This document shows positions 24,278 to 38,668 of a DNA stretch of 64,000 nt, piece by piece. Source of the stretch: Podarcis gaigeae (taxonomy: Eukaryota); NCBI GenBank assembly GCA_964106915.2, contig OZ066918.1; one strand, written 5' to 3'. The translations under genes and the position numbers were made by a program. Every line of letters starts with the position of its first letter. Positions within the stretch are counted from its first letter, which is position 1. The notes under the pieces are model-generated. The model was given only the letters and a program-made list of their open reading frames with translations. It was not told the origin of the DNA and did no database searches.

Positions 24278-24432
24278 TCATAGAATCAAAGGATAAGAGA
24301 GTTGGAAGGGACCATGAGGGTCATCTAATCTAACCCCCTGCAATGCAGAAATCTTTTTCCCAACATGGGGCTCAAACCCATGAAGCTGAGATTAAGAGTC
24401 TCATGCTCTATGGACCAAGATAACTCAGCTAT
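24278..24432 (-). mobile_element. SINE with tRNA-Lys(CTT)-derived head and CR1 3' tail
   Basis: Minus strand TAGAGCATGAGACTCTTAATCTCAG...GGGTTTGAGCCCCATGTTGGG resembles tRNA-Lys(CTT) and is followed by CTGCATTGCAGGGGGTTAGATTAGATGACC...CCCTTCCAACTC...GATTCTATGA. Confidence 0.8.
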
Positions 24433-25109
24433 TTATTAAGAAACCAGAAATGCAGGGAAAAAACCTCTATTAGCAAATAGAGCCACAATTGTCCTGGCAT
24501 GTGCAAATCTAATTTGGAATCAATAACCCTCCTTAAATGCCCTACATCAAATGCCATCTACCCTCAAAAATTTAATCAGCATTTAACAATGTGGTTGCTT
24601 GCTTATTGAATTTGGTTCATATCTCTAAAGTGAATGTCAGAGAAGAGCCCAAGAACAAAGTTAAAAGGCATGTTAAGAAGGAATGTGAGAAATACGTTTT
24701 TTACATTTTGACTTTACAATTTTGAATATAATAGCAATGATCTCCTATTGCTTTGAAACTTGCAATAAATGGCTTCAGAGATCAATGAAAAGTCTCAAGT
24801 TAGTTTTAGCAATTAATCATACTCAGCAACCATTTGTTGCTTTATGTTTTTTCAGAATCACAGCTTTCAGGAGAATCTAAACGTAGCTTAAAGCAGCAGA
24901 CCACACTTTTAAGAAATGGCAAAGCATTCACATGCCAAACATAAATATCTATTGTAATTTTATCACCTCAAATCAGCTGGGATGATACCATAGTCTCCTG
25001 ACATTTTATAGCTCTCACTTTTATAGCTGCATAAGAAGTAGAAATCCAACAAATACAACTTTGCTTGGCACAAATATGAAGTCAGAGGAAGGCTGCACCT
25101 GTTTGTTTG

Positions 25110-25113
<4 letters not shown>

Positions 25114-25166
<53 letters not shown>

Positions 25167-25985
25167 TACGGTCAAAGACCAGTTCAAGAAGCACAACTGA
25201 GACTACTTTCACAAATTTAAAACAGTATATAATAACAGTTTATAGATTAAAATTGAAATAGTCACATGTACACGAAAAAACCTAAAATTAAACAAACATG
25301 CAGATTGACCCTGAGGCACCCAGGAGGCTGGATACGGCAGTTTTCCGGAGTGGGGGGGTGTTCTGCACCTACAAATCTGCATGCAAAATCTGGCGACCAT
25401 CCGGGTCATCTTGTGATTTTTGCCTAAGAGGAGAAAATTGAGTTTGGGCTTGTCCGGAAGGTCAGCAAGCCTCACTAGATGAGGGTCAATGGTATCTCTA
25501 CATGGCTCATCGTAAAAAGGACATCTAAAAAATAAGTGTTCAGGACTTCCTATTTCCCCTAATGGGCAGGCTCAAAGTGTCTGGGCATATGGGACTTTTC
25601 CAAAAGATCCTTCCAGAACTGGCGAGGGCAGAGCCGAACTTCTGGCGAGAGTAAAGGCCCCTCTTGCATTTCTGGATACAAGGAAATGGAGGTATGCTGC
25701 CAGGACAGCAACATATCTCTTGTGTTCTGCAGTTATGTAATCAGGGGACCTCAAGCAGTCCTGTTGTCTCTCTATGTCCATAATTCTTTGCCTAACCACA
25801 GATCTTGCTTGATCCAATCCCAAATTTAAGATGGCTTGAGGATCAAGGCCCAGTTTTTGCAGAGAGTTCAGGACCACTATCTGCCAGCCAGACTCGAACC
25901 GATCATACAGAATCAGTGGAGCTATACGTTAGGGGAGCAATTTCAGTGTCAACCACTTATAGATTGATGTTAAGCTAATACGAGC
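25114..25985 (-). mobile_element. 3' end of a non-LTR retrotransposon (RTE-X-like) with degenerate C-terminal zinc knuckle and (AAT)n tail
   Basis: Disrupted frames read FTLARSSALPSPVLEG...CP.GE..SPEHLFFRCPFY; 3' end CTGGTCTTTGACCGTAA-(TAA)n. Clade assignment is from recall. Confidence 0.6.
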
Positions 25986-27197
25986 TGTATTTTTTTAAAC
26001 AAAGTGTGGTTTATAAATATGTAAACAACAACAAAAATAGTTCCACAAACTGGAACAAAATCAATATGAGAGAAACATCATATCATCTGATAGCAATATT
26101 CTGCCAGGCTAATCCTTATTTAGCAATCAGTGGGGCTCAGTCCATTTTAGTATTGTCATGCTGTTAGTTACAGTCCATTTACCATAACCTGGCTGCAATC
26201 GGCAATGTACCTTGTGTTACTTTTACTCCAGAATTATGTAGCTCTTTGGAACAACAAGCTACAGATTTGCATTATATTGATACAGAAATGCAACCACAAT
26301 TAAATTGCCACTCTTAAACAGTAGATTTTTTTGAGGGAGCCTCTAAACTGGAAAAATTGAAATACGTAGTCACTTGTATAGAATATATTCTCTCTCTCAA
26401 AGCATAATAGTATATCCCGTCATTAGGAACAGTATCTAGATTTCCCCCCGCCCCCAATTGCAGAATGGATCCTTGAATCTGAGAACTAGAAGACAACCCA
26501 AGACCATTCTCTTTCTCCCATAGATCACCCCCTGGCTGTGTTATGGACAGAGAGATGTGTTGCTGGAGAGCAGTCTCATCCATGATTGGTTTACAGGACG
26601 GCTCTTGAGTACATTGGGTCTGAGCATTGTAGCTTGAGTTGGAGAAGGGTTGGGTGAGAGAGGCACAAAGGACCTGAAGTCTCTACCAGCCTCACATAGT
26701 TGTCAAACATTGGATGATATTCCATCAGTGGAATGTTCCACATTGGAATGCTCTCCCCCTCCCCTTGTGTGCTCCCTTAATCTGGATTCCCACTCACCAC
26801 AATCCTCCAGTGCAGATTTGGAGATGGTGCAGGCAGGGGCAGATCTACTATGAAACTTATTAAGCTTAAGCTACAGGTGCCCTAAACCTGGAGTGGCCTC
26901 AGAAGCAATGCGGGTGGGATACTGCAGAATGGACGGCAATGAGTCACTTAGCGAGTTCACAGCAAACAGTTAATTCAAACCAGCGACTCCCTGATTCACA
27001 GGGTAATCTCTAACAGTGGAATCATAAGCATGTTTGCCCTTAAAAAGCAGTGTTGTGCTTCCTATATGCACTTACCAGGAAGGAAGCCCCATGAACAGAG
27101 TGGGACTTACTTCTGAGCAAATATGTGTAGCATTGCTACCAATGCATACCTCAGTAATATAGTACCCAAAGTATCAGAGTGACTTCAAACACAACAG

Positions 27198-27331
27198 TGG
27201 GTGGTATCCAACCAAGTCATACTCAGAGTAGACCTATTGTAAGAAATTGACTGAAGTTAGCTATAAGTCTAGTTTAAGTCTGTTAATTTTATTGGGTCTA
27301 TTCTGAGTATGACTTGGGACTATGCTGCCCA
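27198..27331. mobile_element. Palindromic MITE
   Basis: Near-perfect inverted arms CCAAGTCATACTCAGAGTAGACC / GGTCTATTCTGAGTATGACTTGG; related copy at ~34943-35029. Confidence 0.7.
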
Positions 27332-30300
27332 ATATTTGTCTTTTTCTTTCAGAAGTACTTGAACTTTTAAGAAGAAAACACTGTACCTTCTGTTTCGTAT
27401 TGTGAAAGTCATAAGATGGATGAGTTGTTTTTTATTTGCAAATTGATTCCAGTAACCTCTAAGGTATTCTATGGTTATTGTTTTGGACACATTATTAATC
27501 ATGTTTCTATTCTGGAGATGTAGATTTGAATCAATCCATATGCTGTGTTGTTTCACAAAGGTCTCCGATCCCATTTTTCTATCAATTTTTACATAATTAC
27601 ATCAATCACTGGTGTTCAAAAGCTAGAAAAGAGAGGACACTAGCTCTGTTTTGTCTTTTTATTTTAATTTTATCCCCAAGAGGGGGAGAATAAAGGAAAC
27701 AAATTTACTCAATGAATTGTGAATGTAAGTGGGGAAAATGTAGAAGAATTTTCTTGCTTTGCTCCCAAAAGATTACATATTATCTATCAATAACTTTATT
27801 CACTGATGTGGAATATAAAATAAAGCATTCATTCTTTCCATGAATTTCATCAAATGTTCATTTTGTACTTTTACACAAAGAGCTAACTGCTAAATAAGGA
27901 GGCCAATTGGAATGAGTGAAGAATGTCAATCACTTCCCATGTTGAGACTTTTCTGCTAAACTGTTAGGACTAAGATAGAAAGGAGCTTTTATGTGTTACA
28001 TTCTTGAACAGTTGCCTATTTGTTTCTTCTTGAAAGAGTGATAAATTTGGTTTGCAAATCCTTTTAGCATTTCCAAGGTTATATTAAATTATAATGATAC
28101 CTCTCCATGCATATTTGCAGCATGCTTGTAAAATGGCAGCAGCAGCCATAACAGATGCATGCTCTCATGCTTTCCTCCAGGAAAGTATAAACTGAGGCCT
28201 TTTTGTGAAGTTATTGTACAGAAAACATTTTGATACTCATAAAATGTGATCACACTGGATAGATAGGTGTTAAAAAATTTAATGTGCACAAAATGTAATG
28301 TTTGTATGAACTGAAATTAAAACTTCTCTAAAGATTTGCATTTGCAAAGCAGATAAGTTTACATTAAGTGAGAGGTTTCACTCTAGATGAAAGCAGAAGG
28401 CTGGTGTTTTTCTATTTCACGGGCTTAGGCTACCTGATTACTCATTGCCAGACACCTGAACTGCTGATCTCTAACAGCAGTGGCATATGAAGCCAAGTTC
28501 CGCAATGCTGAACAAGTTTAGGATCTCTCTGGGATCAGAGAGAGGAGAGTTTACTGAACTATATAAAGGGCTTAAAGGACTGGACCACATTGCCTGCTAT
28601 TTGAGAGCAATGTGTTACTTTGTAACATTTATCTTTCCTAACGTATTTAAGACTGTTCTTTGGTAAAGCTTTGAAACTCATTCTTGAGGTGGAAAGCTCA
28701 TTTATTTCTACATAAGGTCCTGATCAGGAGTACTGATGAACAAGTCTGACAGTAGAGCCCATAAACAGAGTGTTCAAAGATTTAACATCTAATTAAAAAA
28801 AATATCATTCCAGGACCTTGGAAGCAGGTGGCCAACTCAGCTGACCCTAAGAAACTTTAATGTGAATATTCTGCATAACAGAAGGCTCTGTTCAAAAGAA
28901 TATCCCAGGTAAATTCACTCTTGCCGTTTAGTAGAGACTAAAGTATCATCTACTACTCCTTCTCTCTGGACCAACTAAAGCCTTCAAGAGGTAGTGATTA
29001 TGAAAAGCCAATCTGTGCAATAGATCTTTCCTATTGTCCATGATGATGCAAACTAGTACAGGAAGAAAACTCTAAATTTCAACTCTTCACATTATCTAAC
29101 TAGTTTGATATACAGATGTTTAAGGGTGATTAGGAGACAGGATGGAAATAAGTTTCCAGAAAAACCTAGCTTTTGTTGTCTAGGTGAGAAAAAGACAATA
29201 CGGTTAGCAGGTAAGACAAGCTAGCTTCAGTGGCACAAAAGGGGTTTTTTGCCTTGTTAAATGGAAGTCAGAAATATCAAGTTGGCTCAACCTTAGCAAT
29301 CAATTTACGTAAAGGCCAGACTGAGAACAAGAGATCTCATATCCCCTGCCTGCCATTCTTGTCTGATAACACAACAAAACATGTCTGGGTTGCTGTGTCC
29401 TTCAGTAGCTAATGCTGCTCCAACATATAATGTGGCTTTTCACCTGCTCTTTAACTGATGTGAGAGTAGAAGCTTCAGGTATAAGGCAGCCCCTTGTTTT
29501 TCTCCCAAGTTTTGAAATCTTGGTAGTTATGTACTAAAGACAAATCATACTCCCTAACTTTGCAGGTGAAAAGATTGCAAGTGGGGGGAAGGAATTCATC
29601 TCAAAGACTACATACCCAGTGTGCCCATCCTAGGACACCTGCCAGAGCCCATCCTCTCAGTTATGTACACCAACTTTTACCTGGGCAGATTCTGTGAAGC
29701 CAGATGCCCAAGTAAGGAGATTCAACCATAGAAGACGACTCCAGCATGAATGTCACTTATAAATTATGAGTCAGTTGAATATTTATCCAGATGTGCAGCC
29801 AAGTGTAGATGCAATTCCTTTCAGAGGAATGTGCTAGGCATTTGGGAGAGCAACCATGCACCACCCACAGTGCCTCACTAGCTGCTACTGGATTTGCACA
29901 TCCCATAAAAACAATAGATAGACAGCATTCACTCACTGTATTCATTCAATTGAGTGCACAGCCAGTATGTGTCCAACAAGTGATATGCCCATTGAAGGCT
30001 GTTTCTGCATGTGACTCTCCTTAGTTTGAGCAGGGGACGGAAGCGTGTGTCAAAGGAAGAATCCTTTCTTGTCTCTTCTTCATCCTCATTTAAATAATTT
30101 CATAGATACAAAACGAAACAGTTACCATGAAGGCAGGGCCAATATACACAGCCTGTACCATTGGATCCATACTTGTACATCTAAACCAAGAAATAAAAGC
30201 CCACCTATAGAATAATTGATTGTATTCTTATTTCAACTCAAGGCTTGTCCTGAGGGACTCCTCACAGTGAAGCAAATCAATGCTCAGCTTTAAAAATGTC

Positions 30301-30536
30301 TTGGTTCATCAACTCTCAGAACTGCTGTGGTAATCACTGCTGAAAAAGCCTTGTGTGTGTGTACCAAGCTCACTTGACTAGATTCGTGTAAGTTCTATTT
30401 TTGTCCTTTCTCTCATCTGTCTCCGTTATCTGTACTATTACGATCAGCAGCATAATAATGAAGTGTGTTGACACAATCATCCATGGCTACTTCAGCTCAG
30501 AGACCGGTAATGAGTTTTATGTTCCAAGGTAAATGA

Positions 30537-30725
30537 AGAGAGCATTGCTCAGCAGAGGGACATACACTTGCTGTGCTGAAGGCCCCAGATTCAATCCCCA
30601 CCATTTTCAGGTAAAAGGAACAGGTAACAGTTGGGAGGGGATAAAGATCTCTCTCTGCCTGATACTGTGGAGGGCTGCTGCCAGTTAGAACAGGTGGTAT
30701 TGGACTAGGGCAATCTGACCTCATA
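30537..30725 (+). mobile_element. Old tRNA-derived SINE
   Basis: Degenerate A/B boxes (GCTCAGCAGAG...GATTCAATCCC) and body GCTGCTGCCAGT; related to copies at 44345-44500 (-), 51612-51770 (+) and 39318-39400 (-). Confidence 0.55.
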
Positions 30726-33700
30726 TACTTTAACCCTGCGGGTGCACCCTAGCTCTGAGGCGGCCCTTTTCACATTAAGAAAGAGCAAGGGGCAACGCCA
30801 GCAAGTTGCTAGGCCAGCCCATGATATTTTTGGTACTTGAAGCAAGCCACAAAATGGCGCCTCTCCACCAGGGAAGAAGGTGTGAGTGAGGATCTACATC
30901 AGGAACAAGACAGAAAGATCTACATCAGGATACACTGTCCCTGAGGATCCTGCCACCTGAGGGAGTCACCTCAACTGGCCTCATGGGTGGGGCAGTCCTG
31001 CAGGAAACTCTTTTCCCATCTTTACTGAGAGTAAACAGGAAAAAAAAATGAGATAGTAATATCAACTTTTTAACTACCCAAAGCAAAGGGTCCTGTCTCA
31101 GTTAGTTCACTGGAATCAGAAACAGAAATAATATGGCCTGTACATAGAATCAAACAATGGGATAGGGAACAATGGAGAAGCTCTCTGGGCTGCTGGTCAC
31201 AGAGTTTGCTAAGTGGTACAAGGAATGGACCAATCTGTTGTTTTCGGTTTCTATCAATTGTCTATTTTTCCAATCTTAACTTCAGTTCTCCTTATCAGTT
31301 GTTGATTAGTATTATTACGGCATTTCTTTTAAAGGCATTATGAAAATACACCAGCATACTGATGCCAATTTCTCCTGATATGCATAACTTTGTCCCCTAT
31401 TGTACACATTTTGACAAATCAATTCCTCCTAATATTACACATTATTGTGTCTTATTTTTACTAACAGATGCATATTGTACACGTCGCTTGGGGAGATAAC
31501 TATATTGCACAGTGTGTAGGAGTGCATGTTATGGAGGATAGCCAAGTCCACAGGTCCGTTCGCATGTTGCTTTGGAAAGTGTGAATTAGGGAGACTTGCC
31601 TTTTACATGGGAAATCGATTGGATTTTTCCTGCATCTGCTTCTTGCAGGTAAGTCCCACCAATCTCCTGGCCCCCTCTTCTGTCTGAGAAGGGAGAGAAA
31701 AAAACCTTTTATCCAGGGCAGACCAGACACATCCCTTCCTCTCTCTCTCTCTGTTGCTTACCCCCATCTGGAATGTTGCCAGTTGCTCTGCCATGGATTC
31801 AGTCAGGCTGGGGTGGGACAGCTTCCCAAGGTGGGAATGTCTGCCTCAGTTTGGCCAGCTCTTGCAGGCAACGGCTTCCCCCAACTCCCTGGTAAGCTCT
31901 CCCTTGGATCACGTACATGTATAAAGCGATGTATTAATTCCACAAGAATGTTTACCCCTTATTCTTATGTTCAAGTTCAGGCACCGTACTGTCAAGAGGA
32001 GAGCATGAAAATTCAATACCATACAACCGTGTCTCCTTCACTGCCAACCGCTAAGAGATGTGGCTGTATCTTTTTCTACGAACTGAAAGTATAACAAATG
32101 GCTCCTTGTAAATTGTAAGGTTTCAAAGAAGAACCTTGCGTCACTTGAACTTCCCTGCTATCAATTAGAAATGTAAGATTATTGTTGCATTTCCCCCCTG
32201 CTGGCATGCCTGCATCTTTTCCTATCTACTTCATTTATAGCATACTTTCAAAAGTCCATTTTCAACAGGAAGCATTCATTTTAACTAATCAATACCAAAT
32301 TGCCTCCATAATTTCAAATGGAACAATTTCCTCCAGTGTTTCCAGACTGTGTATTTCAAAGGTTTGCAACTGCTATAGATCAGATGGAAGGGGGGAGGAG
32401 AGAGAGAATAGTGCTATATAAATGATTTGCATTCCTCAGAATCACTCCAAGGACCAAAAACTCAATGGGGTGACTAAGATTAAAAGGAAATGGATAAATG
32501 TTTGATGGTTAACTTTTCAATTGAAAATTTCACTGTGTGGTTCAGAAGAGAAGTTCAGTGAAATATGGGGAATTTGTGTTACTGGTTTTGCATACTAGGA
32601 TTGGGTTTCCAGTACTGACTCACTGTCTATTGATTACTTTCTTCACTAACGGCACTTTATAAAACAAAGTTGTCATCATGAGCCATAACGAAGAAGAATG
32701 GGCAACGTAGAGACTGACAATGCGCGACGGAATGCTGCAAACCAGCCTGAATGTATAGACTTAAGGACAACAACAAAAACTGTGCTGGATGAGAAGCAAT
32801 GGAGCCTACCCATTCATCAGCTTAAACCTCAGGCCTTGGGTGCTGCACGTGGTTCCCCCAGGCTGCTCTGTCTTGCCCTCAGGACTCTTCTTAGACCACT
32901 CCCCATCTTCCCAGGACACACCTGCTTCTCGGGACACAACCTTTTCACTGGCTTGCTCTGCACTCTCAAGTTGCCTGGCTGAAGTGGGTCCTTCCACTGA
33001 GATAATGAGCCCACAGGATTAAAAAATAATAATAATCCCCCATTCCTGACAATAATACTTATCCTTGGAAAAGAAACACAGCCTAGTCACGCTCAGATTG
33101 CGGTGTGAAAGGTGGGAATTTATAAGCCCTACAGCTAGACTCCCCCAAATTTTAGTTATGTTCCTCTGTAGCCTTCCAAAAGCAGTCAGTATGGGAAGGG
33201 AAAACAAAAGAGAAAGGCAGGGCCTGTACATTTTTAGTAGCTCATTTTTATTTTTATTTTACATTTTGAATTCTTTCAGGTCAGCTTGTTTTTAACTTCT
33301 GGTTTTTAACAATAATGTATATATTTGTTTACAGTCTCTGTAAGCTGCTTGGGTGGTCTTTTTATTTTTACAAATTGTGTTAAGTAAAAAAATTAAAATA
33401 AAATAAAATAGTGCAAAGTACAAGAAAGTTAAAACTGCAGATAAAACCACCAGCAGCAGCTGCCAAAAAAATGCCTTCCCAAATTAACAATTAAAAGCCT
33501 AGATAAAATATAACACAGCTGCAGTTTAAAACAGCTTGTTGGATACAGAGTCAATTATGGACTCTGTCTCTAGCTATACAGTTTTTGTGAAGGTCCTTAG
33601 AAGCTTAAATATCTAGCACTGTGGCTTATACAGACTTCTGACTGTGAATCTATTTTGCATTTTCCATGAACTATTTGAACCAATAAGACAAACCTTCAGA

Positions 33701-34539
33701 ATGTTTGTTAGGAGGAAAGTTATTTTATTCCATGTGCATTCTGGATCTGAAAAAGGAAGCAAGTACTTCCTTCTATAGGAGTTTAGGAAATGAGACAGGC
33801 ACTGAAAAAGTAAGCATTTGAAGAGCCCTGCGTGACAGGTGTATACCATTGCTCAGCTGTCAAAAGAGGTTTCTATTTACAAGCAGGAATGGGCGGAAGT
33901 TCAGAAAGACAGCAATATTCTTGGAATCCCTGAGTCAGGTAATGTTTCTGAGAACTTTATTCTGAAATAAGATTTGCTGCTACAGAGAGTTGTGTGCTGT
34001 TCAAGGCTGGCTTAATTCCAAGGAAAACATAAGAGTCAAGATTAATGACAGGTGCAGCTAGAAGCTTAACCAAACAAGTGACTGAGAGCACAATCTTGTA
34101 CCCAAGATCCACCAGCTTAGAAGCTTTAGGATTTGGCGCAAACCCTACTACAAATCTGGTAGACTCTTAGATATGCAGCCATCAGAACTCCCCTGATATC
34201 TTTGTAGGGTTATTTCACCAGTAACACTATCAAAGCAATGAAAAGAGGTCAGAGATGTGGGTGGCCCATGGGTAACATTGGGGAGGAAGATGCATGTTGT
34301 ATCCTGTGTCACTTCAGCCACCACCCCTTGCCAACAATGCAACTTTACACCAGCCAAAACAAGCTCCAGAGCAGGCAATGGTGACAGCGCAATCAAAAGG
34401 CACCCACAATTGCAAACTTGATTGCACACCACATGTGGTGGCTGTCACCATCTTGAGAACATGACCATGACTTCCTAGGTATCACTGAGCTACATGTCTT
34501 CTCATGGTTTGAGCTTTCTAGGTGATAGTATGGACACTA

Positions 34540-34902
34540 TGGGAAAGAGGAGACTGAGAGGAGATATGATAGTCCTCTTCAAATATCTAAAGGGCTGTCA
34601 CATGGAAGATGGAATAGCACACGTTTTCTCCTGTTCTAGAAGGTAAGACCCATACCAATGGCTTCAAGTTACAAGAAAGGAAATTCCAGCTAAACACCAG
34701 GAATAACTTTCTGTATGTAAGAGGTGTTAAGACAGTGGAACAGACTCTCTCAGGAAGTGGTGATCTCTCCTTCATTGCAATTTTTAAAGCAGAGGTTGGA
34801 TGGCCACCTGTCATGGATGCTTTAATTGAGTTTCCTGCATTGCAAGGAGTTGGACTAGATGATCCTAGGGGTTTGTTCCAACTCTACAATTCTATGAATC
34901 TA
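34540..34902 (+). mobile_element. CR1 LINE 3' end
   Basis: KRRLRGDMIVLFKYLKG-type coding remnant, then the CR1 3'UTR TTGGACTAGATGA...TTCCAACTC...ATTCTATGA. Confidence 0.88.
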
Positions 34903-35927
34903 TTATTCAGTGCATGTCCCGTAACTTCCAGCTGAAATCCTTTGGGTGGTATTCTGCTAAGTTTTACTCAGAGTGCACCTATTAAAATTGATGGGTCTGG
35001 CATAAAGTGAGTCCAGGATTGCTCTGCCCATGAGACTCTCATTTCCGTTAAAATGATAACTATGGCAAATAAGCAAATGGGGAGGAACAGGTGAAGGCAC
35101 AAATGTCAGTGTGTTATAAGACTTCAGTTGATTTTTATGCAGCAGCCAGATCAGTAGCACCCGGAAAACAATGTGATTCTACTACTCCTATTGACTCACC
35201 GATCCCACTACTACTGGATCTAAATAAAACGACAAGAAAAATAATGAATTGCAGTTAATCTGCAGCCACAGTTCTCTGCAGCCTCTGCAATGCTTTCTCA
35301 TCTCACTCTTGGCAGCTCCAAGTGCCAGTTCCCAGGAGGCTTGGAGAAACATCAACATAATTACCAGCTGCTGCACTGCAGAAAAGAAAAGTCTTATATG
35401 TAATACAGGCACTATATACCTTATAGGGGATGTCAAATATAGATAGCTATAACTGCAAAGGGCAAAGAGGGAATGTGGGTCATTCCACATGCACCAGGTG
35501 AATATAAAAAATTATGGAGTCAGCCTAGTAAAAGTTGCCTAATGGTCATTGCCATCCTTTGCTAATGGAACACCATAATTGGAGGCATTTACCAGATTGT
35601 CAACATCCCTGTGTAATTGCTAGCAGTTTACGCATTTTGGACACTCTCCATTAAAATCTCCATTTATTTATTTTTTTTACCACCTGGGTATGACTGAAGA
35701 GGAAAACCTTTGAAAATAGCTTGTATAATACCACCAGAACTAAAGTAAAAGCACAATTTATAAAATGCATTAAATCTATCTTTTGGAGAAAACGTTATAT
35801 ATCATTACTTCCATATTCTTTTATCTCCCCCCCCCCACTCCTCAAATCTTTTGATTGCTATGTATATAAACAACAGAGCTCAAGTAGCAGAACTTTCACT
35901 TCTTCCTAGCCATTGCAGGCATCTTAG

Positions 35928-36210
35928 CATCATAGAATTGGAGGGGACCTCAAGGGTCATCAAATCCAACCCGCTGCAATGCAGGAATCTCAACTAAAGC
36001 ATCCATGACAGGTGGCCATCCAAGCTCTGCTAAACGACCTTCAAGGAAGGAGAGTCTACCAGTGCTCATTTGTTACACCGTCTTGATCATCTTGGTCACC
36101 CACCTCTGCACACGTTCCAGCTTGTCAACATCCTTCTCAAATTGTGGTGCCAGAAATGGATACAGTATTCCAGGTGTGGTCTGACCAAGACAGAATAGAG
36201 TGGGACTAAA
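35928..36210 (-). mobile_element. Internally deleted CR1 LINE fragment
   Basis: CR1 3' terminus at 35928-36062 joined to an ORF2 segment encoding LYSVLVRPHLEYC. Confidence 0.8.
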
Positions 36211-38668
36211 GAAATAAACAGAATCAACATGTTCACCTGCATTTTAAAAACCAAACATTGGTGCTTCATTCGATGTAAGCATGTAGCAGGTAATTCACCA
36301 GTATGTCTCTTTCCCATGAGCATCTCTCTGCATGGGGATTGGACCCAGTGCAAAGTTCAGTGTCTTGTCCACCTTTCCACTTCATCTGGTGTTGCTTCCA
36401 TTCTTGCACCCTGCTCTGTCATGTAGCCCTTTTGCTCTGCCTGTTCATATTACACAGTGGCCTCTCTCATCTGTCTTAATCTGCACCATGCAAAATGCAT
36501 TTCTTATAATTCAAACTTAGTAGCACATCAGAGATATGTGATCAAGTGCAAGTGTATCAACAGTCCCTACATGCTTTAATGTTTATCTTATGAATAAATA
36601 CAATCCCTACCTGACAGGGCTGGTGCACCTTTGTAGATTTACGCTCACCATAAATATCCAAATAGCTTTCCAGCGTGACACGTAATTTCAGCCATCTAAA
36701 TAGCTTCATGCTGCGGAGCTTTGAACAGAATAACCTCCAAGGAACAAAGGTTTGGTTAACCTCCAAAGGACAGAAAAGGAACATTTACCTTCCCTATGTC
36801 AAGGATAGAAAGGGAGCATTTACCCTCTTTGTGTCAAGGATAAGTGGACAGTGTGGGAAAAGGTGTAGTTATCGACACCGCTAACAATGATGAAATCGTC
36901 TTCTTTTGATTGCCTTGTCGGTTTGAGGCACTAATTGCACACTCCAGGTATCAGTCAATGGCAGTTTCTAGTTTTACAAATGAGATAATAACATTTCTAC
37001 ATTGAGCCTAGGGATAATCGCTTGGAAGTCTCATTGATTTTGAATGGAACTTATTTCCATATAAGAGCACAGAGGATCACAGCTACGCCTCGCCTTCCTT
37101 GACCAACCACATGGGATATAATTGGAGTCGACACACACGGTTGTGTGTTTGAATACCTCTTTTCATTGCTAGGCTACAGTGTTCATGTCAACATTCAGGG
37201 TGGAGAAATGATGAGAGTCCTGATTATTTTTGTCAGGCCTCCCAAAGCCTTTGCTTCAGTATGAACATTGCAAAAAAACAGATCATGGAACAACATTCCT
37301 TCCTCCATATTGCTTATCAAAGTTTTTCATCAAAACAATGAATTGGCTTGAAGGAAGGTTATCCTTAACATAAGAAAAATGGATGGCCATGCAACATTTT
37401 AAAGCTCTCTTTGTGGAATTATTACTCTTCCTGCCCCCCCCCCCCCATTTTAGGGCTAAGATGATGTGAAATATTCTGATCTGAACTCTCAGTTGTTTCT
37501 ATCTTCACAGTTAAATGAAGAGCCCTTATTAGATCCATTCAACAGCTTTGGGGGAAAAGGTTTAATTTAATTTATTTTTCTATTTATTTTAAAGATTTAT
37601 ATCCTAACTTTTGGGCTGAAAGCTTCCCGGACAACAAATGTGGTGTATGTGTGTGTGTTTAAAAAGCATCACATAGCTTGCGTAGCTTGACTCCCAGACT
37701 TTGTTTGGCCTTGATATACTGATGCTGCCAGGTAGACCAGGGTTGAGAAGACTATGAAAAGTTTGGGAGAATGTGGTTGGTCTTTGTGGTGCTTGTAAGT
37801 TAATAAAATAGGCACCAACTGGGTTTCCATGGAAAGAGACAGGAAAGGCCAACTATCTGATTGTCACCCAGGTAATGTCAATAGGGAGGGTACAATGGAA
37901 AAGATTCTGCCCTCAGCCAATCCACACTCACCTGCCTTGTTACTTGCAATGAATCAAGGAGTAGTTCTGCCTGTCCCTGGCACTAGCTCCACCTACTGCT
38001 GGTCTCCCTTCCTTTTGCCCTACCAGTCACATGGAGAACTAGCCATTGCTACTTTTAATTACCACAGCCCAGATACTGTTTAGAGCCCAACGATGTGTTT
38101 TCATTTGAGTGAGAATCAGGCCACAGAGCAAAGTTTAATTCTGTAAATTCTCCATCGTGCCTCCAATGCTGGACAGAAATTATCAGAACTTTGTGGCTGA
38201 CCTTTGGAGAATGGTTCCTCTTCTGTCCTTACCAAATACTGTTTTGGGAGAATGGAAAAGCTTTGGACATTTTAACAGATGTAAATGGAAGCTGTAGAGC
38301 ACGATAAAGTGACAAAGACATGACTGGGAGTTTTCCAAATCCTAAACTCTGCAGTGAGGTCCACTACATCCCAAAATCTTCAATAGATTAAGCCTTCTCC
38401 CTCCCATGCCAATGGACCAGTAGTCATGGGCTTCATTGTGGAGCAGATGATAGGATTGCAGTGGTTTCAGATTCAGACCACATGTGATGATGATTCTTTG
38501 AAAGCATTTGTATTTCTTGTGAACTCTATGGCTCTCCTTACTGAATGGCCGTCACACAGGATTAAATGGTTCTGCATTTTAGGCATACATCCATAGGCAC
38601 AAGCTCTGCTTACAAATAAAGAAAAAGGGTGATTGATAGTCCTGCATTGATAACAGATACAGGTATTA

